64,000 nucleotides of DNA from Octopus sinensis (lineage: Eukaryota), in the NCBI RefSeq assembly GCF_006345805.1, contig NC_043005.1, forward strand, positions 55,490,001-55,554,000, written 5' to 3'. The first letter of the stretch is position 1; each line of letters opens with the position of its first letter. The translations under genes were made by a program, and so were the position numbers. Positions 1 through 13,521 of this stretch are shown here, piece by piece. Under the pieces are notes generated by a model. That model had not been told where the DNA came from. It did not search any database and was given only the letters and a program-made list of their open reading frames with translations.

Positions 1-584
1 TGAAAGACACTGATATAAGTATCAGACTTTGAAATATATATGTGTGTGTGTGAAGTGTGTGTTTGAGAGTGTGTGCATGTGTGTGCACATGTGTATGCAT
101 GTGTGTGTGCTGTGTGTGTTTTGTGTGCGTATGTATGCATGTGTGTGCATGTGCATGCGTATGTGTTTGTTTATGTGTGTGTGTATGTGTGTGTATATCT
201 ATGTGTGCGCATGTGCATCACTCTTCCTTTCATGTCCTTTCTTCTATTCATTGTCCTATACTGTGGTATATCTAACGACAACAATAAATTTTTGTTCTTT
301 GTGACTAGAGTTTTGCATTAATCCTGTTTAACTCTCCCATCTCTTTGACAGTCATCCACTATCCTCTTCCATGTACCACGCCCCTCATGTAACAAAGGAT
401 TGTGACTCCCCTACCCATATTAAATGTCCTGTCACTCCAATTCTCACTATTCAGTCTCTCTCACATACCATGAGACATGTGCTAAGATTTGCATTGGATC
501 TGTTTCTTTGACATGCATTCTACCTTCATCCTTCTTGTGCTGATAATCATCAATCTCTACTCTTTCCATTCCCAGACTGGGATG

Positions 585-845
585 TGTGTTGTGTTCTTGA
601 GCAAGACACTTCATTTCACATTGCTCTAGTTAACTCAGCTGTAGAAATGAGCTGCAACATCACTGGTGCCAAGCTGTATCAGCCTTTGTCTTTCCCTTGG
701 ATACCATCATTAGCGTGGAGAGGGAAGGCTGGTATGCATGGGCGACTGCTGGTCTTTCATAAATAACCTTCCCTGGACTTGTACTTTGGAGGGTAACTTT
801 CTAGATGCAATCCCATGGTCACTCGTGACTGAAGGAGTATTTACC
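585..845 (+). mobile_element. SINE family D, 5'-truncated copy
   Basis: Highly similar to 10741-11000 (gtgttgtgttcttgagcaagacact...ctagatgcaatcccatggtc) and, in part, to the reverse complement of 40238-40415. Confidence 0.8.
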
Positions 846-1082
846 CTTTTACTCTTTCCAAGCTGGTTGTTGACAGTCATCCCCTACTCTTCCTACTGTT
901 CACTTCTGTTATTTTACCCACTCTGCTTTCCTTGCACCTTAATCACTAAGTCTCTACCATTATGTTCTTGCTCTTTTCATCTACACATCCTGGTTTTTCT
1001 TCATTACCACTTATTTTCTTTTACTCAACCCTCAGTAATGTGACTATACAAGAAGGAACCCACCATAGAATAGCATGGATTC

Positions 1083-1277
1083 TTTATTTTGAGATACTCT
1101 GTGTTTCTCTCAATTATTTTAAATGTAACAAAGAATTTAGTAAAATAACTTAGTTACCATTAAGTTAGTGTTAGGAACATAAATTGTGACTAAAGCTTGG
1201 TGGAAGATTTTGAAAACAAGACATTTGTATTACAGAGCCAGAGTCAGTTTCAGCCAGGTTGGTAATGAAAGGGTTAA
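1083..1277. mobile_element. piggyBac-like MITE fragment (one intact end)
   Basis: Ends in AAAGGG|TTAA, a piggyBac-type terminus plus TTAA site; the other end is not clear. Confidence 0.45.
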
Positions 1278-1685
1278 GTGAATGAGGTAACTTTACTAAT
1301 ACTGGTGCAAACATATGCACTTTGTACACATTTTAAAGTGAATGACGAAAGAGCAGGGACAAGATAGGGCCAAAAAGACTTTTTAAACTTATCAACATGA
1401 CAATCTCTCACATACGCATGCCATGATAAATGATTACTAATACACTGTGTTAAATGGTGTGTTATAGGAGGGGCATTCAGTAATTATAAACCTAATCAAA
1501 AATGACTCATATGAGCAAAATGTATTCTTCCAGTTTGTCAGGGAGGGTGGAAACTCAATAAATTTGATTCAGACTGGTGAATCATCCAACCCATGCCAGC
1601 ATGGAAAGGAAATCATTCATATAATGATGATGATGATCATATATGTACAATGATCACATTGTTGTTTTCATAGGTGAAAACATGT

Positions 1686-2125
1686 AGGCGTAGGAGTGGC
1701 TGTGTGGTAAGTAGCTTGCTTACCATCCACATGGTCCCAGGTTCAGTCCCACTGCATGGCACCTTGGGCAAGTGTCTTCTACTATAGCCTCGGCCCAACC
1801 AAAGCCTTGTGAGTGGATTTGGTAAACGGAAACTGAAAGAAGCCTGTCGTATATATATATTATATATATATATATATTAATATATATATATATGTATATA
1901 TATATATGTATGTATGTGTGTTTCTGTGTCTGTGTTTGTCCCCCCAACATCGCTTGACAACCGATGCTGGTGTGTTTATGTCCCAGTAACTTAACGGTTC
2001 GGCAAAATAGACCGATAGAATAAGTACTAGGCTTACAAAGAATAAATTCTGGGGTCGATTTGCTCGACTAAAGTTGGTGCTCCAGCATGGCCACAATCAA
2101 ATGACTGAAACAAGTAAAAAAAGAG
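1686..2125 (+). mobile_element. tRNA-derived SINE family A with internal microsatellite (head, (TA)/(TG)n, tail)
   Basis: A-box-like tggctgtgtggtaag and B-box-like ggttcagtccc; tail ends ...atgactgaaacaagtaaaa. The same layout recurs at 5655-6050, 27703-28197, 32670-32990 and 57878-58212. Confidence 0.85.
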
Positions 2126-3527
2126 TATGTAATATATATATATGAGTGTGTTTGTGTATGTGTATGTGTGTGTATGTGTGTGTGCGTGTGTACACATGCA
2201 TTTGTATGTCTATGTTTGGAGAAGGAGCACGAAAGAAATTGTTTGATATATGTGTTTAAAAGTCTTATTTTCATTTGAATTTGATACATCACTCAGAGTT
2301 TTTTGCTGTCTGCCATCCTCCTTCATTTGCTGCTTAAAAGGTTAACTAGATTGAGTATCTCTGAGTTGCAGCAGTGTGGCTCAAGAACTTTGAACAAATA
2401 TGAGTGTGTGTGCTTGTGTATGTATGTGTGTGTGTGTGTGTGTGTGTGAGCAAGTGTGTGTATTTGTGTGTATGCATACAATATACATATATATATGTAT
2501 AAATACATGTGTATATGTATGCATAGATTTGTAGACATATATACACACACATACCTTTGTATACACATATACACACACATATATATGTATGTGTGCACAG
2601 ATTCACACAAACACTCACAGACACACACACACACTTGCATGTGTACACACAAACACACATGCACACACACACAAACAGACACACATATACACTTTCATAT
2701 ATGCGTGTGTGTATGCATGTGTACACATGTTTGCATGTATGTACGCCTGTTTTCGGTATGTATGTATATTTATTCATTATGTGCATATTCATGTTGTCTT
2801 TTGAATTAATAATTATTCAATTTGAATGCGAACCAGTTAGCACCACTAAGATTTCAATTCAGATTCCTGTGCTGCCAATCCAGTGTGGAAGTGGTACAGT
2901 TTCCATGTCAAAGAAAATAAAAGCCAGCAATTATTCCTTCTTCATTTCCCTTATTATTACCTTTAAGGTGATGTGTTCTAACTCACTTCACTACATGGCC
3001 ATCACGACAAGAGACGAAGGAGAGCCACCAAGTGAACAGAGAAAGAGAAAGAGAGAGAGAGAGAGAGGTGCTTTTATTCTTCTTCTACTCCAAGAATGCT
3101 ATCAATCTAAAAAAGGCAATTATAGAAATTGCCTGGGGAGACATTTGCCGTTAACTTCTGCAAGACAAACTGAAGCATCAAGAAGAAAAAGTTTCATAAA
3201 TATTCATATCATGTTACATATGTTGTCTCTCTATTCCAGATAGTCTGTGACCCTATAATAGTTGAATGCCGCAGCAAATCTCTGAAAACAACAAAAAGAA
3301 GAAAAAAAAGAACGAAGTGAAAATGCAAAGCAAAACAAAAAAATTACATACTTATATATATATATATATATATATCAATATATATATATCTGCATCTTTA
3401 TAAATGTATATATAAGTGTATTTGCATATATGTGTGTGTGTGTGTACATGTTTATATGCGCTCATGTGTGTACATATATGTATGAGTGTATATGTATATA
3501 TAATATAAGTGTGTATGTGTATATATG

Positions 3528-3583
<56 letters not shown>

Positions 3584-3587
3584 TAAT

Positions 3588-3620
<33 letters not shown>

Positions 3621-3789
3621 TATACACATATACATGTATGTACGTATGTATATGAATACCATATTTCTTAATGCACTCCATTTCCAAAGAGTACAGTAAA
3701 GATAATTTTTTTGTTCTTTTTTTAGTTTTTTCTTTATCTTTTTTGTTTTTGTTTTATTTTATCCTTTTGGCAATTCTGATTTACTTTGT

Positions 3790-4140
3790 TAGAAATATCA
3801 TTTAGAAACCAACATATTTTACAGTGATATCCACCAAAGAAATTACCGCCACAACCACTTTCACCATGCCATTGGTTATAACTGAGATATGTTGGTCTTT
3901 AAAGATATTACTAATATAGCAAATATGTCAAATACTCTATTGATATTGTTTGCAAAATATGTTGAGTTATAAACGATATTTCTAATACAGAAATATATCA
4001 CATGCTGTTGATACCACTGTGAAATGTGTTGGTCTATAAAGGATGTTAATCACATAGAAATATATCAAATACCATAGGGACTCTTGTAGAATATGTTGGT
4101 CTATAAAAGATATCATTAACATATAACTACATCACATATC
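3790..4140. repeat. Degenerate ~68-bp minisatellite (4 units) plus one inverted partial unit
   Basis: atatgttggtc..aaagatat motif at 3887, 3957, 4024 and 4091; reverse-complement copy at 3790-3820. Confidence 0.7.
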
Positions 4141-4189
4141 ATTTTCAGCATATATTACATACACAAATGCGTGCATGCACACACACACA

Positions 4190-4229
<40 letters not shown>

Positions 4230-4266
4230 ACGCATACACACACACATATATTCATGCGTGTGCACA

Positions 4267-4297
<31 letters not shown>

Positions 4298-4485
4298 CAC
4301 CCTCATATAATTAAATCTGTATAAGAATATAAAAATGTATTACTGATCTTGCTTTAAAACAATTTTGAAATTAAGACCTCTTGGGTAAAACATATGGGGT
4401 CTAGTAATTGAAGAATGGTGATTGCAACCCTGTTGAGTCGAATTTGGCTTCTGGTTTGGAGTGCAGGCTTGGAGTAATGCCAAAA

Positions 4486-4521
<36 letters not shown>

Positions 4522-4645
4522 GTGTGTGTGTGTGCGTGTGTGTGTCTGTGTGTGAGTGAGTGTGTGCTTGTACATGTATTTGTATATTTGTGTCAACATA
4601 TATACATATACATGCATATGTGTATGTATGTATGTGTGTGTATAA

Positions 4646-4680
<35 letters not shown>

Positions 4681-4876
4681 TATATATATACATCTATCTA
4701 TATTTCTGTATACAGATGTGTATGTATGTATGTGCATATGTATATAAAAGTGTGTGTGTGTATATATACATATACATACATTTATATTTATAGATATAGA
4801 TATATACATTTGTATAAATATATATATATGTATATATATGCATATATATATATGTGTGAGTGTGTGTATATATATA

Positions 4877-4909
<33 letters not shown>

Positions 4910-5359
4910 CGTACATATGTATATATGTATACACACAAACACACACACACATACACATATATATATATGTAAATGTATACATATATATGTGCATGCATGT
5001 GTATAATTAATTAAAGAATTAATTGACAATTAATTAATTTGTGTACTTATCGTGCATTGTATATACTTCATTCTAAGTATTGATATACCACTAGGGAGAA
5101 ATTAATCATTTATTGATGCAGAGTTAGCTGTGTGGTTAAGAGGCTTGTTTCACAATCATATGGTTTGGGAGTTCAATTTGGGAGTACAGCAGGCATGCAT
5201 CCTCTACTATGACTTTATCAGTGAAATTTGAGTGATGTTGCATAATGACTAAAGAGTGCAATCTCAAAATGGAGGTTCCTCCAAAAGATCTCTGGAAGAA
5301 CATTACTCAGCAGGGTGGGTCACTCAAAGGTCAGGGAATCCTTCCAGGTGGAGCTACTG

Positions 5360-5600
5360 TTCTCATTGAGAGATCACTGCTCTGGTATTATGGACATGTG
5401 ATCAGAATGTCCCAGGAAACATTTGCAAAATGGATCCTTCATGGTGAGCTGAGCGACAGGAGATCTAGTGGTAGACTGAGAATAAGATAGTTGGATAATA
5501 TCCATAGCATTATAAGTCTGTCAAGCATGGGAAATGGAAAGTCTAATTATGGTTCCTTCTGATAAGACCTTCTGAAGGAGATGCCTACCCCGCAATCCTT
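5360..5600 (+). pseudogene. RTE-clade LINE RT C-terminal fragment
   Basis: Translation RSLLWYYGHVIRM...KWILHGELSDRRSSGRLRIR*LDNI resembles the RTE LRWxGHVxRM...RxxGRP motif. Confidence 0.65.
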
Positions 5601-5654
5601 CAAGAAATAGTTGGTGTTAGAGAAGAAGGATGAATAGAATTTGTACAAAAGTCG

Positions 5655-6053
5655 ATTACAGTGTGGTACTATGGGCAAGTGTCTTCTGCAATAGCCTCAG
5701 GCTGACCAAAGCCATGTGAGTGGATTTGGTAGATGGAAACTGAAAGAAGCCTGCCCTATGTGTGTGTGTGTGTATGTGTGTGAGTGTACGTGTGTGTGTC
5801 TGTGTGTGTATATGTGTATGTGTGTGCATGCATGTGTGTGTCTGTCTGTCTGCCTTGGTCCCTCACTACCACTTAACCAGTGTTGGTGTGTTTACACCCC
5901 TGTAACTTAGCTGTTTGGCAACAGCGACGGATAGGATAAGTACCAAGCTTGAGAAAAAGTACTGGGGTCAATTTATTCAACTAAATATTTTTCAAAGCAG
6001 TGCCCCAGCATGGCCACAGTGTAATGACTGAAACAAGTAGAAAATAAAAGATA
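5655..6053 (+). mobile_element. SINE family A (partial head, microsatellite, tail)
   Basis: Similar to 1686-2125. Confidence 0.8.
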
Positions 6054-6504
6054 AACTATAGTTTTGTGTATATGTATGCATGATGTCTTTGAGACTTTGC
6101 TTTCACACTATTTGAGCAGTAACAATGATGTTGTGATGGTGTTTATGTTGCACATAAGGAAAAGAAGTAATGTAACTTCAAGATGGTTGGGAAATGAACA
6201 CATGCAATAAGTAAGGGTTGGCACCAGGAAGAGCAATTGGCTGTTGTTGAATACTGCCTTGAAAAGTCTCCTCCAGCTCATGCCTGAATGAAAAAAAGCT
6301 GATTTAAAATCAAAGTTGATGATGATGATGATGATGATGATGATGAGGAGGAGGAGGAGGAGGAGGAGGTGCAGCATGATTATAATGACAACAAAGACAA
6401 TGACAATGATGATGAGGGTGGCTGTGGTGGTGGTGGTGGTGATGGTTGGCAGTGATAATGGCAACAACAACAAAAACAATAATAATAATCTTCGATAATG
6501 ATAC

Positions 6505-6713
6505 TTTTGATTATAGGCACAAGGCCTGAAATATTGGGGAGGGGAGTTGTCGATTACATCGACCCTAGTGTCTCACTGGTATTTAATTTATCGACTCCAA
6601 AAGGATGGAAGGCAAAGTCTACCTCGACAAAATTTGAGCTCAGTACTTACAGACAGACAAAATGCTGCGAAACATTTCACCTCGTGTGCTAATGATTCGA
6701 CCAGCTTGCCACC
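6505..6713 (-). mobile_element. tRNA-derived SINE family C
   Basis: Reverse complement matches 8345-8562 (aggtggcaagctgg...gagctcaaatt...tttgccttccatcc...ggccttgtgcc). Confidence 0.8.
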
Positions 6714-6828
<115 letters not shown>

Positions 6829-7636
6829 CATTTAACCTGTATTATTAATTAGAATAAAACAACTCAACAAGGACATCATTATTTGTTTACCAAACCTACA
6901 AGAATTAACAACTAAAATCTTCCTCAAAGACTACACCTTAAGATTTGATACAAAAAAATAAAGAAAGAAAGAAAAAGGCACTTCTAATCAGTCTTTGGAC
7001 AATATAGCATTAGATAAACTACATTTCAGAATTAGCTAGGATGGTTGTGACTGAAATGCTTTGATCATAAATCTGCTTCATTGTAATGATAGGGGCTAAG
7101 CAACAACAACAACAACAACAACAAGACTTTGTACACTGTCAAAATTCAATAAACAATTACAGTTCCATATCATTCCACATTCTGATATTTTATAGAACAA
7201 ATTTTAGGAATTGAATAAAGAAAACATGAGGTAAACAATCAGATAAGTAATCTTTCTTGTGAGATGGTCCCAATATTATCTGGGATTCATGACAGGGATT
7301 AGATCTCAGATATATGCCAATGCCAATGATGCAGAAGGTAGAGTGCATGGTGCTGTCAAGCACTGCTGCAAACAAAAGCTGGAATGAAATTGTTTTTCTT
7401 ATTTTATGCATGTGTGTATGAAGTCTGTATGTGTGCATGTGAATGTGTGTGTGTGTATTTATACATATGCATGCATATATATATTATGTATGTATATATA
7501 GATATGTGTATATTCTATACATACATGCACATATGTGTGAGTGTGTGTGCATGTGTGTATTGTATCTCACATGCACATATATATATTATCTATCTATCCC
7601 TCTATCTACCTATCTATCTATCTATCTATCTATCTA

Positions 7637-7701
<65 letters not shown>

Positions 7702-8202
7702 GTCTATCTATCTATCTATTTATCTATCTACCTATCTATCTGTCTGTCTGTCTGTCCGTCCATCCGTCCATCTGTCCGTCCGTCCCTCCATCCATCCATC
7801 TATCTATCTATCTCTGTATATATGTGTGTGTTCAGCATAAGAGACTGATAACATGTACCAGCTTTAAAAAAAATAAATGCTGGAGCCAATTCGCTTGACT
7901 AAAACCTTCAAATTGTTGCTCCACCATAGCCACAATACAACAGATACACACACACACATTTATGATACTACTCCTGTTCCATATGTAGAGTAGAATTTCC
8001 TTCCATTTTTTTATATTGATTTTTCAGTGTCAACCTAGTGTCCTTCTAGTGTCTGCCTATTGTCTGTCTAGTCACCATCATTTTCAATTACCAACTCTCC
8101 CCCACATCTACAGACATATTAAGGCTTCATTCATTTCGGAAAACTTTAAATCACTTTATTATTATTATTATTATATTATTATTATTATTATTATTATTGT
8201 TA

Positions 8203-8294
<92 letters not shown>

Positions 8295-8298
8295 GTTA

Positions 8299-8344
<46 letters not shown>

Positions 8345-8562
8345 GGAAGGCAGTAAGTTGGCAGAATTGTTAACACCCTAGGCAAAATGTTTAGTGGCAT
8401 TTCGTCCATCCTTACATTCTGAGTTCAAATTCCACCATAGTTGATTTGGTCTTCTATCCTTTCATGGTCGATGAAATAAGTAACAGTTACACACTGGGGG
8501 CGGTATAATTGACTAGACCCCCCCCCAAATTTCAGGCCTTGTGCTTATAGTAGAAAGGATTA
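8345..8562 (+). mobile_element. SINE family C with (ATT)n tail
   Basis: Head ggcagtaagttggcagaattgttaac, B-box gagttcaaattcc, tail ttcaggccttgtgcttatagtagaaaggatt. Confidence 0.8.
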
Positions 8563-8571
8563 TAATTATTA

Positions 8572-8923
8572 TTTTATTGTCTTTGCACAGCTTCTAATGC
8601 TGGAGTTGTACTATGGTTCCAGCTGTTCAATACCAGTGAACTAAGGTAACACCTCTTATTTTTTGAGCACTATCCGGAGTATTCAAGTGGTTCCAAGCTG
8701 CGCTGTTTTCTGCAAGTGCTCCACTCTTATTGTAGCCCCTCTTTGTTCCATGTATGTCTCAAGATTTTTACACACTGTTCCCAGGGTTCTAACAATTATT
8801 GGTACCGCTACCACCTTTTTCAGTGACCACAATTGCTTAACCTCCCAAGCTAACCTGTCATATCTATCGACTTTTCTTTCTTCTTTATTGCATACTTTGT
8901 TATCAGCTGGACATGCTATATCT
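8572..8923 (-). mobile_element. R4/Dong-like non-LTR retrotransposon 3' end (restriction-like endonuclease domain)
   Basis: ORF 8683-9033 contains DIACPADNKVCNKEERKVDRYDRLAWEVKQLW...VPIIVRTLG; flanked by (TAA)n on both sides. Confidence 0.85.
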
Positions 8924-8966
8924 ATTATTATTATAATTATTATTATTATCATCATCATCATCATCA

Positions 8967-8997
<31 letters not shown>

Positions 8998-9005
8998 CAT
9001 TATTA

Positions 9006-9036
<31 letters not shown>

Positions 9037-9063
9037 TATTATTACTACTTTTATTATTATTTC

Positions 9064-9900
9064 ATTGTCTTTGCACAGCTTCTAATGTTGGAGATGTACT
9101 TTGGTGTCAGCTGCTCACTACCAGTAAACTAAGGTAACACCTCTTATTTTTCGAGCCCCATCCGGAGTATTTGAGCAGTTCCATGCAGTACTGTTTTCTA
9201 CAAGTACTCCACCCTTATTGCAGCCCCTATTTGTGCCAAGTACTTCTCAAGATTTTTACTCACTGTTCCCAGGGCTCTAACAATTATTGGTACTACTACC
9301 ACCTTTTTTAAGTGACCACAACTGCTTAACCCACCAAGCTAACCTGTCATTTCTATCGTTCTTTCTTTCTTCCTTATTGCATACTTTGTTGACAGCTGGG
9401 CATGCTATATCTATAATCTAGCATTGTTTGCTTTCTTTCTCAATTAACACTATGTCTGGTTTCTTATTCTCTATCTCATGGTCACACTGAATCATAAAAT
9501 CTCATAGAATCTTTGCATTATCATTTTCAATGATGCCTTCAGGTTTATGTTCGTATCACTTGTTTGCTCTGTGAAGTTCATACCTGTTGCAAAGTCTCCA
9601 ATGGACAATCCTTGCTATATTGTCATGACATCTTTTATATTTTTTCTGGGCTAGTGGTATACATTGACTGGTAATATGGTTTCACCATTTTGTCCACAAA
9701 TTCTGCACTTACCACTTTCTGAAATGTTGCCTATTCTGTATTTGATGTAATTCATTCTTAGTGCATACTCTTGGGCAGCACAGATTAGAGCCTCCGTTTT
9801 CCATTTTAATTCACTTTTAGTCATCCATAGCCATCTTTATTCTCTGTCTGTCTTATCTTCAGCATCCCTACAAAATTGTCCATGCATTCTTTTCTTTATT
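9064..9900 (-). mobile_element. R4/Dong-like LINE 3' fragment (zinc knuckle + RLE), same family as 8572-8923
   Basis: Minus strand reads ETEALICAAQE...CRICGQ...HDNIARIVHW...KPDIVL...DIACP with stops and frameshifts; its 3' ~350 bp align with 8572-8923. Confidence 0.85.
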
Positions 9901-9909
9901 CCCCTGTTA

Positions 9910-9995
<86 letters not shown>

Positions 9996-9996
<1 letters not shown>

Positions 9997-10635
9997 TATG
10001 TTTGACTTTTGCTTTATGTTTACAAGTTGGCTCCATGTCTCACCCAGAGACCTCAAGAGACAACAGGTTGGAAGTTCACGTTGTTGTTATGCCTAGTGTG
10101 CCATATATTTGGGGGTTTTTTTTGGTGTTGTACTAGTGAATGTCTAATAAATAAATTTAAAAAGAAAAAGTTTGTTTTAAACCTTGAGATTACATAGAGA
10201 GTATTTTGCGTAGGATATGAGCAGTTCCTATGAGCACTATCGTTTGAATTTCTACCATTTTGGGGTTTCCTGGTATCTGAGTTAGGTAGCAATCAGCCCC
10301 TTTCGCTATCTTTCCCAGGGCACCTATGACAACAGGTATTGTTTTAGTCTTCAGGTTCCAAATTTTACTGATTTCTATTTCAAGATCTTTATATTTGCTC
10401 AGTTTTTGGTAGGTCTTGACAGATACGTTTATATTGATTGGGACAGTCATATCAATGAGGAGGCACGTTCTTTGTCTGAAGTCTTTCAATATGATGTCTG
10501 GCCTGTTTGCATCTATCTTTCTGTCAGTTTGAATGGTGAAGTTCCAGAGGAGTGAGATGTGGTCATTTTCAAGCACTGGAGGTGGATTGTGTTCCCACCA
10601 GTTTTTTTCATGGGGCAAATCAAGGTTTTTGCAAA
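9996..10635 (-). mobile_element. Second R4/Dong-like LINE family 3' end
   Basis: ORF 10190-10759: WWEHNP...LLWNFTIQTDRKIDANRPDII...LLIDMTVP...KLSKYKDLEIE...PVVIGALG (PD-(D/E)xK RLE); the 3' UTR runs into (TAA)n. Confidence 0.88.
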
Positions 10636-10671
10636 TTATTATTGTTATTATTATTATTATTGTTATTATTA

Positions 10672-11000
10672 TTGGCTCAGTGGTTAGAGTGTCGAGCTTA
10701 CGATCGTGAGGTTGTGAGCTCGAATCCCGGACCAGGCTCCGTGTTGTGTTCTTGAGCAAGACACTTTATTTCACGTTGCTCCAGTTCACTCAGCTGTAGA
10801 AATGAGTTGCGACGTCACAGGTGCCAAGCTGTATCGGCCCTTGCCTTTCCCTTGGACAACATCGGTGATGTGGAGAGGGGAGGCCGGTATGCATGGGCGA
10901 CTGCTGGTCTTCCATAAAACAACCTTGCCCAGACTTGTGCCTTAGAGGGTAACTCTCTAGGTGCAAACTCATGGTCAGTGTCTGACCGAAGGGGGTCACC
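10672..11000 (+). mobile_element. Full-length tRNA-derived SINE family D
   Basis: A-box tggctcagtggttag, B-box-like gagctcgaatccc; body shared with 585-845. Confidence 0.85.
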
Positions 11001-11002
11001 AC

Positions 11003-11603
<601 letters not shown>

Positions 11604-11616
11604 CATTATTATTATT

Positions 11617-12175
11617 GAGTGAGAGTGCAGTGCATGCCATCAAAGTGACACTGGGGTATAATATACGAAGCCCAGTATACCCATCATGACTACCTGTCTG
11701 ATAAGGGTACATCAGGTACATGCATCGCAACCATATGTGCGCAACATGGTGATCTCATATCAAGATAAACAGTGCATGATTTTGCAGGTTGGGCCCAATT
11801 AGAATTTTCTTCAGGTCGAGTAGCCCATCCCACTTAAAAGGTCCCTGAATAAGGGTTGTTTAAAGATGTTGAACAAAACACCCATGTTTCCAAAGGGGAA
11901 TTATCCAAACCCCAAAGAATTCCTCTCAACAAGTGTCTATGATGCTCTCCTTGACTACTTCTGCCCATGATCAGAGATACACATTTCGTCAGCCACTAAG
12001 GGACATGCTCAACTGGTTAAGGTCAAACAACTGACAAGGAAATCTGTGATATTAAGCAGAATATTTGCTGTAGCCCATCTTTTATACCAAGACATCACAA
12101 TGTACATGATAACACTTCCAATCAGTTAAGATCAGAAGCCATGAGAGCCACTGCCTGTTACTGCATCAGGGCATT
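11617..12175. mobile_element. Unclassified ~560-bp non-coding element embedded in (TTA)n
   Basis: Complex sequence with sharp boundaries and (TTA)n on both sides; no ORF covering it. Confidence 0.5.
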
Positions 12176-12292
12176 TATTATTATTATTATTGTTGTTGTT
12201 ATTATTATTATTATTGTTGTTGTTGTTTTTGTTGTTATTATTGTTGTTGTTATTATTATTATTATTATCATTATTATTATCATTATTATTAC

Positions 12293-12336
<44 letters not shown>

Positions 12337-12409
12337 TATTATTATTATTATTATTATTTTATTATTATTATTATTATCATCATCATCATTATTATTATAA
12401 TTATTATTA

Positions 12410-12455
<46 letters not shown>

Positions 12456-12477
12456 CATTATATATATATGCATATAT

Positions 12478-12636
12478 ACGACAGGCTTCTTTCAGTTTCC
12501 GTCTACCAAATCCACTCACAAGGCATTGGTCGGCCAGGGGCTATAGCAGAAGATACTTGCCCAAGATGCCATGCAGTATGACTGAACCCAGAACCATGTG
12601 GTTGGTTAGCAAGCTATTTACCACACAGCCACTCCT
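12478..12636 (-). mobile_element. SINE family A head
   Basis: Reverse complement of 1690-1850. Confidence 0.85.
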
Positions 12637-12743
12637 ATATATAAATAATTAAGTTTCAGGTGAATTAGGTAGTTAAGTTGAGGCACCAAGTTTGTCCAGT
12701 ATTGGTGGTGAGGGGTTTATTTCAAATTGATGTAATGTTTGCT

Positions 12744-13276
12744 TCTCTTCAGTTATCCAGCCACCATTTTTCATAGTATTTTTCCGGTGGCTGGATAACT
12801 GAAGAGATGGCGGCATGGATTTCCACCTCGGCATCCGAAACTCAAAATTTTATCATGGCTACCAAATAATTGTCACATATTTCATTTACAGATAAATTCC
12901 TCTATTTACATAATATTGAGATCTCTTTCATTCTTTTGTTGCCTTACCATTTTTATCAATGAGTTATCTCCTGTACACCACTATTTATCCCTAAGGGCTA
13001 ATACAGCTTATTTTGGAAAATCACCAGACATCGGTTGAGGACTCTGCCCCACAGAAGAATTCAATATGGACGCCTACTACATACCTGTACCATCAAGGGA
13101 ACTATACTCTAAAAGCCTTTTGGAGAAAATTACAGATCTGATTAAGCACAAGGGTCATTTTTCATAGTATTTTTCAGATGGCTGGATAACTGAAGAGATG
13201 GCGGCATGGATTTCTACCTCGGCTCCAAAACTTGGAGTTTTATCAGGGCTACCAAGTAATTCTCACATATTACATT

Positions 13277-13281
<5 letters not shown>
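12744..13281 (+). mobile_element. PLE pLTR/retrozyme-like partial tandem unit (391 bp) with two degenerate type I hammerheads
   Basis: Direct repeat 12765-12890 / 13156-13281; CUGAAGA at 12799 and 13190, a long stem II, GAAA (AAAA in copy 2), stem I GUGGCUGGAUAA/UUAUCAUGGCUAC; ends in (TA)n. Confidence 0.65.
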
Positions 13282-13334
<53 letters not shown>

Positions 13335-13361
13335 GTATTTCTCTGGATCTTGCCTTCTCCT

Positions 13362-13398
13362 ATGATTCCGATGAAGAGCTCCGCTCGAAACATTAAAC
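13362..13398 (+). ncRNA. Minimal type I hammerhead-like motif (U4C core)
   Basis: CCGAUGA-A-GAGC-UCC-GCUC-GAAA-CAUU-AAAC. Confidence 0.6.
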
Positions 13399-13485
13399 CC
13401 TCCTTCTTTCCTTCTTTCCTTCTTTCCTGAGTGTCCAATAATACTATATTTGTTCCAGGCGCTCAGGAAATATGGAAGCAGGAAG

Positions 13486-13521
13486 GTATGACGTTTCGAG
13501 CGGAGCTCTTCGTCGGAAACA
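13486..13521 (-). ncRNA. Minimal type I hammerhead-like motif (U4C core, GUC cleavage triplet)
   Basis: Minus strand GUUU-CCGACGA-A-GAGC-UCC-GCUC-GAAA-CGUC-AUAC, with palindromic ACGU stem III. Confidence 0.7.

Noticed and set aside
2557-3243. 228-aa plus-strand ORF
   Set aside because: The first third is microsatellite and the rest has no recognisable domain; splice signals nearby favour the opposite strand if anything.
10672-10740. tRNA-like sequences (also 1686, 33700-33776, 40650-40723)
   Set aside because: A/B boxes continue into repeated SINE bodies, and no complete cloverleaf is evident.
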